This document shows positions 8,263-13,916 of a stretch of DNA of 13,916 nt, in pieces; position 1 is the first letter of the stretch, and the number at the start of each line of letters is the position of its first letter. The translations under genes were made by a program, and so were the position numbers. Where the stretch lies: positions 1-13,916 of the forward strand of contig JAVZDR010000014.1 in the NCBI GenBank assembly GCA_038873795.1, read 5' to 3'. The stretch comes from Candidatus Micrarchaeaceae archaeon (GTDB taxonomy: Archaea > Micrarchaeota > Micrarchaeia > Micrarchaeales > CABMGC01). The notes beneath the pieces are model-generated. The model did no database searches and had not been told where the DNA came from. It saw nothing but the letters and a program-made list of their open reading frames with translations.

Positions 8263-8982
8263 TTGGCTGAAGAAGTTGTCCCTAAGGTTGAAGAGCTGGC
8301 CATAGCTGGGAAGCTCACAGGAACTCTAGAGCAGTTGCGCGAGAAGCTTTCCTCGCTTCCTTTCTATTCGATTAAGCTTGATGCCGACTCCCTCACCATG
8401 CTTAGGGTTGAGAGCAGGAACATCCGCAAGGAGCCATTTCTCTTCTACATAATCACATTTCGGCCTGAGGGCATAAGCGTTGTATATTCAGTTGCGCAGG
8501 ATACAAGCGAGAAGATCAGGAAAGTGACAATAATAAGGAACCTCATGTCAGTGCTCTCAATAGCCAATGAGTACTACAAGGTTGATGAGACAAAGCTCTT
8601 CCAGTATGTGGATTCAGGGATCGATGAACTACTCAATAGCCTCTCAGAAAGCTACAGCTCAATATTCAACAAATACGATGCACTTTTGTCTGAATACCGC
8701 GAGCTCAAGAGGCAGAACCTCGAATTATCCGCGTCTAACCGCAACCTTACCATACAAGCATCGCAGCTCAGTGATGAGAATAAAAAACTCACCGCAGAGC
8801 TCAATGCGCTCAAGACTTTCTCAGACGAATCGCTTATGGCGATGATAGAAGATTGGATAATAGCGCACAACAACTCGATAGACATTAACGACTTCTCAAG
8901 CAACTACAAGGTCCCGCAGCCAAGAGTCGAGCAGATACTTGATAAGATGGTTTCGCTCGGCTATATAGAGCTGAAAAGCTGA
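8263..8982 (+). CDS. Soluble protein: N-terminal alpha/beta domain, coiled coil and C-terminal winged helix
   Basis: The likely start is TTG 8263 after GGTG. Heptad-rich segment KYDALLSEYRELKRQNLELSASNRNLTIQASQLSDENKKLTAELNALK; the C-terminus IEDWIIAHNNSIDINDFSSNYKVPQPRVEQILDKMVSLGYIELKS has a wH pattern. Confidence 0.75.
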   Translation: MAEEVVPKVEELAIAGKLTGTLEQLREKLSSLPFYSIKLDADSLTMLRVESRNIRKEPFLFYIITFRPEGISVVYSVAQDTSEKIRKVTIIRNLMSVLSIANEYYKVDETKLFQYVDSGIDELLNSLSESYSSIFNKYDALLSEYRELKRQNLELSASNRNLTIQASQLSDENKKLTAELNALKTFSDESLMAMIEDWIIAHNNSIDINDFSSNYKVPQPRVEQILDKMVSLGYIELKS

Positions 8983-8999
8983 GGATGCATGGTGCAACC

Positions 9000-9146
9000 A
9001 TGAAGTACTTCGTTACGATAAACAAGCGCATAACCTACACCAAGGTATACAGAGTGATAAAGAGGGTCAATGCCAATACGAACTTCCTTTCAAGCAAGCT
9101 TCAGTCCTTGATAGACAAATTCTCAAAGAAAAGCAGGGCTGAGTAG
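9000..9146 (+). CDS. Small basic hypothetical protein (48 aa), missing from the ORF track
   Basis: MKYFVTINKRITYTKVYRVIKRVNANTNFLSSKLQSLIDKFSKKSRAE. GGTG at 8991-8994 precedes the ATG, and the ORF fills the gap between two co-oriented genes. An alternative in-frame ATG lies at 8985. Confidence 0.55.
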   Translation: MKYFVTINKRITYTKVYRVIKRVNANTNFLSSKLQSLIDKFSKKSRAE

Positions 9147-9159
9147 GGCGAGTCTGGGC

Positions 9160-11502
9160 ATGAATAGTAGAAACAAGCTGTTAATTGCAATTTTCCTAGT
9201 AGCAGTAGTGGTTGCCGTTATTGGCGGGCTGATTGCATATCTTAAGATTGCTGTGCACATAACACCGCCTCCTCCGCCAACGGCCGTAGGCAGGCTTATT
9301 GGCCAGTTCTCTCTGAATACAACCGGAATTTTCACTTTCGACAATGCCCAGGACCTTGTGGCCTATGCCCTGTTGAATTATAATGTTGGCAACTCCTCTT
9401 CCACATCCATATCTTTCAATATCTACCAAGGGAATCCGCTGCCAAAAATATACCTGCTCGATGTTTCGCAGTACTGCCTGAACTGCAACAATCTTCCGCA
9501 ACTGTATTCAAACCTAACCTTAGACCTTTCAGCTTATGGCCTGCTTGAAAATGGGAGCAGCATCTCAATGGTAAGCATCAGCAATCTTACAAGCACGCAG
9601 CCCGGCTCAATCATAATAATCTCTTCAGGGCTGATGCCAGCCCCCCTCTTAAGCGGTGCCACTATGCCTCTGCAGTACCTCCTCTCTAAGGGCGATACCA
9701 TAATCTATGTCGGCGAAAACTTCTCAAGGGAGATGGGGCCAAATGGCATAATCTTCCAGACACCGCAGCAGACCTCCTCTGCTCTCAGCTCTATACACAT
9801 ATCTACAGCGGCTCCGCAACCCTCGCAGAGCTCGAATCCGCTCAGCCTTTACTTCATAAACCCCACATTTTCTTTCTCTTATGGCTCGGTCTATGGGCCT
9901 CTTGCATACGTGGGCTCGCTTAATGGCACGCTCATAGCATTTTCAAACTTTCCAAGCAGCATATGGCGGAACAGCTCGGCAGAGGCAACCGACATCTCAA
10001 AAGCCATAAACTCAAGGTTCTGGATGGCGATCATAGCAGCGGGAAGCTACAACTCAACCATAAATGGCGTAGGCAGAATTGGGATAGTCACAACATCAAA
10101 GCCAATTCCCGCGAGTTCCGCAGCCAGCATTGGATCAGCATATCCCCTTCTATCGATAGCGACAAGCAATGCAACCACAACCATATACAAAAACATCGAG
10201 TTCAGCATTCATTTCAGCCCCAATGGCACAATAGGGCTGCCATCCGTAGTTGGCGAGACCCAGGTTGTTCCTATTATCATAACAATGAACACCACCTCGT
10301 CGCTGCCAACGCTCGTAACTCCGCATATAGACATATACACGCTTAACATGGACTATGTTGGGACCATACCTATAGGCTTCTTCAACACGACGAGCAGCAT
10401 AAGCATAATAAAATACCAAAGGTTCGCATTGCCAAGCGGCATCTACCTGCTCTTCCTGCGGAACTTCTACAACAAATACTATTCTAGTGCGCTCTTTCAG
10501 CTTGCAAACCTCACAATAAGCCCAATAGCTCTCAATTTTGCCAATGGCACATTTGAATTTGAAGTAACAAGCAATGGCCAGCCTGTAAGCAACCTCACAT
10601 ATACGATCTCGCTCAATGGCGCATATTCAGAGAATGGTACAGTAGAAGATGGGATAATATATTACGCGCTTCCAAAGGGCACTGTTGTCAGCTATGGCAA
10701 TCAGAATTTCGTCATGAAGATGCTCTCCACAAGCTACACCTATTCGGCAAGCTACACAAAGAAGATATTCCACATACCTGCAATATACATAGAGTTCGCT
10801 GTAGTTGCCGTCGTGGTAATACTTCTGAATGTGGTCCTCAAAGCGCCCACTAGAGACGAGTACTACATAGATGTGCCGACATTTCCACCGGTGAAGAGGG
10901 TGAGTGTGAGCGTTGGGAAGCAGGATTTTCTTAATGTCTTCAACAAGGTAAACTACTATTACCATTGGCGCTACATGCCCCTCACAGCCGAAGAGGTCAA
11001 GAATGGCATAGAGGCAAACCTGCGTTCAGGAAACATGCCAATTGCAGTGACCCTTCAGAATGTGCTTAAGATTCTGAATGTGCTCTCTGCATCGGGCGAT
11101 ATTGTATCGATGGGTAACTATTATGCGCCCAAGAGCATGGTGGAAGAATCTGGCCATGACATAGAATATCTTGCGATATTCAGGAAGCTGAGGGATTACT
11201 TTGTTGCAAATGCTATAATATTCACAGATCTTGACGCAAGCCAGAATGCTGACATGCTCATAACAAAGACTGGTGTGCAGGCAAACATAATCATCTACTC
11301 AAGCATCTCAGGCATGAGGAAATTCGAACTCAGCAAAAAGGTCAAGACATTCATAATCTTCTTCAACGAGGATGTGCAAGCCAGCTTCACAGACAAGCTA
11401 TACCTCTCATATGGTGACGATGCAGAGCTCATGAGGCTTGGGATTGCATATGGCTATATCAAGCTCCTGAATACAGACTCGCTCGACCAGCTGATATTTT
11501 AG
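9160..11502 (+). CDS. Large two-TM cell-surface glycoprotein with a C-terminal cytoplasmic domain
   Basis: 780 aa. N-terminal signal/anchor followed by TPPPPPT; an S/T/N-rich, beta-like ectodomain with 17 N-x-S/T sequons by my count; a second TM IYIEFAVVAVVVILLNVVL (about 10783-10839); and a charged tail of about 220 aa with no sequons. Confidence 0.8.
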   Translation: MNSRNKLLIAIFLVAVVVAVIGGLIAYLKIAVHITPPPPPTAVGRLIGQFSLNTTGIFTFDNAQDLVAYALLNYNVGNSSSTSISFNIYQGNPLPKIYLLDVSQYCLNCNNLPQLYSNLTLDLSAYGLLENGSSISMVSISNLTSTQPGSIIIISSGLMPAPLLSGATMPLQYLLSKGDTIIYVGENFSREMGPNGIIFQTPQQTSSALSSIHISTAAPQPSQSSNPLSLYFINPTFSFSYGSVYGPLAYVGSLNGTLIAFSNFPSSIWRNSSAEATDISKAINSRFWMAIIAAGSYNSTINGVGRIGIVTTSKPIPASSAASIGSAYPLLSIATSNATTTIYKNIEFSIHFSPNGTIGLPSVVGETQVVPIIITMNTTSSLPTLVTPHIDIYTLNMDYVGTIPIGFFNTTSSISIIKYQRFALPSGIYLLFLRNFYNKYYSSALFQLANLTISPIALNFANGTFEFEVTSNGQPVSNLTYTISLNGAYSENGTVEDGIIYYALPKGTVVSYGNQNFVMKMLSTSYTYSASYTKKIFHIPAIYIEFAVVAVVVILLNVVLKAPTRDEYYIDVPTFPPVKRVSVSVGKQDFLNVFNKVNYYYHWRYMPLTAEEVKNGIEANLRSGNMPIAVTLQNVLKILNVLSASGDIVSMGNYYAPKSMVEESGHDIEYLAIFRKLRDYFVANAIIFTDLDASQNADMLITKTGVQANIIIYSSISGMRKFELSKKVKTFIIFFNEDVQASFTDKLYLSYGDDAELMRLGIAYGYIKLLNTDSLDQLIF

Positions 11503-11524
11503 CTTGCCCTTTCCACTGCCTTCT

Positions 11525-13129
11525 TTATCTAGCTTCGCTTCCTGGCTTTTGCTGGCCTTCTTCCTCCCCTTCCTTGAGCGCCCTCTTGTACTTGCTGCTT
11601 ATCAGCAGCCTTATGCTCCTGTTCACTTCATCATAGCTGCTACCGGTGAGCTCGCTTATGTCCTTTGCAAGCTGCCCCGCATACCTCAGTATTGTTTCAT
11701 ACCTTGACTTTTCGAGGCCCATCTCCCTCCTGTTGCTTATGTATCTCTGCATCTTCCTCGCAGAGTCCATCACGGCTAGCTTTATCTCCTCTACTATCTC
11801 CTCTTCGCCTGCAATCGCCTGCTTCCCAACGCCTGCATAAGGCACATAAACAGATGAAACATTGACAAAAACGCTTACCGGTTCTTCGTCAAAATTCGAG
11901 ATACCATACCTCCTCCATTGTATCTCCCTCACGGCTTCCGTTATTGCGCAGTTTGCGCTGTCGAAAAGCAGAGGCACGCGGTTTGCAAACCTGAGTATAA
12001 CTCCGCCAGTAGCCCCGTTCTGCTGCACCTTACCGGAATTGCCCCCATACGCAACGCCAGCCTCAACAACAAATGGTATGCCTCCCCTGAAAACCTTTGG
12101 CTTCCTCTCTGTAACGTAAAAGAAACTTGGGTTCAGTATGCTCTTTATTGCTGCTCCAATCTGCCTCTCGCCTATTGTGGAGAGGCTGTTGGTATCTGGC
12201 GCTATCCATTTTGTCGCCTTTATCGCCTTTATTATTTCTTCTGCGTCAGCCCAAGTCATCTGGTGCGGATCCTTGCCGAAATCCACGCTTTTTGCACTCT
12301 CTTTGAGTTCATTGACCTTCTTTGCGGTGACCCTTGAAAAGGTCGAGATAAGGAATGATGATATAGTTCTGTTCTCGCTTGCATGGGCGAATTCCAAAAG
12401 GTCGTTGACCTCCAAGCCGAGGGGGTGAGGCCTTATCGCGAATGGCCTTTTGGGCAGCTCATTCACCGACCTCGGGAATACCTGCTCCTTTCCATCTGGC
12501 TCCACAAGCTTAATCTCAGCATGGGGATTCGCAAGTGCTGTGCGCTTTATATACTCATACACGCCATGGTCGCTCTTTTCATATTTCACATCCGCAACCT
12601 CGGCCACCACACTCAGGCCAGTTGTGCCAGTCTTCTCCACATCCTTTAGGTTGGCTATGATTGGCTTGTTTGATTTCACGTCTATCGAAACATCGCACTC
12701 ATATGCGCTGTTTTCCGTTTCTGATTTTATATGCACCGGCTTGCCTGTTGTGACCTGCGCGAAGAGAGTGCAGCCAGCAGCGCCTATGCCCTGCTGGCCT
12801 CGCTGCTGCATGTACCTATGGAACTTTGTGCCGGCAAGCACAACACCAAGGGCCCTGCCTATGAAGTTCTTCGGTATGCCAGGGCCATTATCATCTACTT
12901 CAACAATATATTTGTTTTCGCCAGTCTCTCTTACGCTTACTTTTATGCTTGGCATTATGTTTGCTTCTTCACATGCGTCGAGAGAGTTCGTAACGTATTC
13001 ATGTACTATTGTGGTGAGAGACCTGACCATACCAGAGTAGCCGAGCATCTGCCTGTTCTTCTTGAAGAACTCAGCAACCGAATGGTCCTTGAACTCCTTG
13101 AACAACTCCTCAGCGCTGACTCTCTCCAT
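11525..13129 (-). CDS. top6B: DNA topoisomerase VI subunit B
   Basis: SVAEFFKKNRQMLGY; GHKL motifs HEYVTNSLDACEE, DDNGPGIP, GTKFH..QQRGQQGIG; YIKRTALANPHA, PHPLG, PFVVEAGVAYGG and RFANRVPLLF. Confidence 0.97.
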   Translation of the reverse strand: MERVSAEELFKEFKDHSVAEFFKKNRQMLGYSGMVRSLTTIVHEYVTNSLDACEEANIMPSIKVSVRETGENKYIVEVDDNGPGIPKNFIGRALGVVLAGTKFHRYMQQRGQQGIGAAGCTLFAQVTTGKPVHIKSETENSAYECDVSIDVKSNKPIIANLKDVEKTGTTGLSVVAEVADVKYEKSDHGVYEYIKRTALANPHAEIKLVEPDGKEQVFPRSVNELPKRPFAIRPHPLGLEVNDLLEFAHASENRTISSFLISTFSRVTAKKVNELKESAKSVDFGKDPHQMTWADAEEIIKAIKATKWIAPDTNSLSTIGERQIGAAIKSILNPSFFYVTERKPKVFRGGIPFVVEAGVAYGGNSGKVQQNGATGGVILRFANRVPLLFDSANCAITEAVREIQWRRYGISNFDEEPVSVFVNVSSVYVPYAGVGKQAIAGEEEIVEEIKLAVMDSARKMQRYISNRREMGLEKSRYETILRYAGQLAKDISELTGSSYDEVNRSIRLLISSKYKRALKEGEEEGQQKPGSEAR

Positions 13130-13130
13130 C

Positions 13131-13634
13131 TTACCCCTCCATTTTCAGCTTTTTCCGCATCTGCTCCATTACTGAATAGGCTTTGCTATGGGGCGCGCCT
13201 TCCAAGAGCAGCTCTATGCCTTTCGCAGCTATGTTTATTCCATCAGGGGTGCCTATTATGCTTATGGTGCTGCCATAGATGCTTATCTCAGTCCCGCTTA
13301 CAGATTCTATATATGCCTTGGATTTGCCCCCCTTTCCTATAACTCTGCCCTTGACCACTTTTATCCTGTCGCTGTTACTGAAGAGCTCCTTCAAGTTCAC
13401 CACTTTCAGGAAAATGTTGTCGCGGAGGAGCCTGCATGCGCTTTTAATATCGAAGCCCCTGCCAAATGCGAGCATGACGTTCTTTGCTGTGAATTCATTG
13501 TATTCATTACCGTAAAGCGTTATGGAGTTGTCGTCACTGATCTTTATGCTGCATTCCAGCTCGCGCTCAAGCTCCGCCAGAGTCTTACTGGTTAGCAGCC
13601 TAATCCTTTCCTTTGGTATAAGCAGATGCTGCAT
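13131..13634 (-). CDS. KH-domain RNA-processing protein (archaeal Dim2/Pno1/KRR1-like ribosome biogenesis factor)
   Basis: AFGRGF, KGRVIGKGGKSKAYIE (GxxG loop), ISIYGSTISIIG and LLEGAPHSKAY. It sits 1 nt upstream of top6B, a common archaeal gene adjacency. Confidence 0.92.
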   Translation of the reverse strand: MQHLLIPKERIRLLTSKTLAELERELECSIKISDDNSITLYGNEYNEFTAKNVMLAFGRGFDIKSACRLLRDNIFLKVVNLKELFSNSDRIKVVKGRVIGKGGKSKAYIESVSGTEISIYGSTISIIGTPDGINIAAKGIELLLEGAPHSKAYSVMEQMRKKLKMEG

Positions 13635-13643
13635 TATATCGCT

Positions 13644-13670
13644 ACCTTTATATAGAAAAAACTATAAAAA
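13644..13670 (-). promoter_or_regulatory. Putative promoter region of the KH-top6B operon
   Basis: The minus strand reads TTTTTATAG...TATATAAAGGTA before the ATG at 13634; the TTTTTATA box (13663-13670) is about 30-35 nt upstream. Confidence 0.45.
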
Positions 13671-13690
13671 TACCATCACCAATTTCGGCA

Positions 13691-13724
13691 AGGAAACCCA
13701 CACGCTTTATCGGTGGGAGATCAA
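13691..13724 (+). mobile_element. Degenerate IS200/IS605-like end hairpin remnant
   Basis: AGGAAA-CCCAC-A-CG-CTTTAT-CG-GTGGG-AGATCAA: a GC stem with a CTTTA loop, followed by GAG and TCAA. No transposase is present in the window. Confidence 0.4.
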
Positions 13725-13885
13725 TTTCTGCAAGTCAGCCTGCCATCTACGCCGCAATGGCTGCGCCAGCATGAGCCCCGGATTGCATAGCGGAAATCTT
13801 TACGCAATAGGAGTATACAAGAAGGAATAACGAGAGGTCAAGCAATTTCTGCATGTAATTGGAAGTTTTAAGAAATGCAATAAGC

Positions 13886-13916
13886 TTTAAATACCTTTAT
13901 CCGCATAAACATGATT
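13886..13916 (+). promoter_or_regulatory. TATA box (TTTAAATA) for a probable leaderless gene starting at ATG 13911
   Basis: TTTAAATA at 13886-13893 begins 25 nt before the ATG at 13911; the gene would continue beyond the window. Confidence 0.45.

Noticed and set aside
9262..9282. Poly-proline tract (TPPPPPT) as a DNA repeat
   Set aside because: It uses mixed codons and is an ordinary linker after the membrane anchor. No CRISPR array or long tandem repeat was seen in the window.
425..10965. Many short antisense or alternate-frame ORFs in the track (e.g. 478-825, 2045-2470, 5500-5961, 7241-7891, 9963-10346)
   Set aside because: They overlap longer, coherent + strand genes and have no recognisable motifs; they are shadow ORFs.
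1..11502. Integrated conjugative element or provirus
   Set aside because: No integrase, relaxase, att-like repeat, tRNA or virion gene is visible. It cannot be fully excluded because the cluster's 5' end lies outside the window.
11503..11524. Pyrimidine-rich gap between convergent genes as a terminator
   Set aside because: It has no clear oligo-T tract or hairpin and is too weak to call.
11504..13830. + strand ORFs opposite top6B and the KH gene (e.g. 12450-13040, 12731-13342, 13522-13830)
   Set aside because: They are antisense to confidently identified housekeeping genes.
13747..13854. 35-aa minus-strand ORF (MQKLLDLSLFLLVYSYCVKISAMQSGAHAGAAIAA) or an ncRNA/tRNA in the intergenic region
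   Set aside because: It has no Shine-Dalgarno motif or recognisable protein features, and I see no tRNA cloverleaf or known RNA motif.

Overview
Archaeal chromosomal window (top6B, KH/Dim2 gene, GGTG Shine-Dalgarno motifs, TATA boxes); a DPANN/Micrarchaeota-like origin is my inference. About 11.5 kb (1-11502) is a tightly packed, co-oriented + strand cluster of 12 genes. It holds four tandem paralogous polytopic membrane proteins sharing a G-x3-R-x5-R-x2-GG motif (CedA/TedA/VirB6-like) and two paralogous 2-TM proteins whose soluble parts resemble the VirB4 N-terminal domain. Next come a short VirB4/HerA-type P-loop ATPase, a small stand-alone paralog of that ATPase's C-terminal domain, a 4-Cys zinc-finger membrane protein and a coiled-coil/winged-helix protein. 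The cluster ends with an unannotated 48-aa basic ORF and a 780-aa two-TM surface protein rich in glycosylation sequons. Together it looks like an expanded, non-mobile Ced/Ted/T4SS-like macromolecule-transfer apparatus. It converges on a housekeeping KH-domain protein-top6B pair that lacks an adjacent top6A. The last 280 bp hold divergent promoters and a probable IS200/IS605 end-hairpin remnant. All family calls come from motif recognition without database searches.
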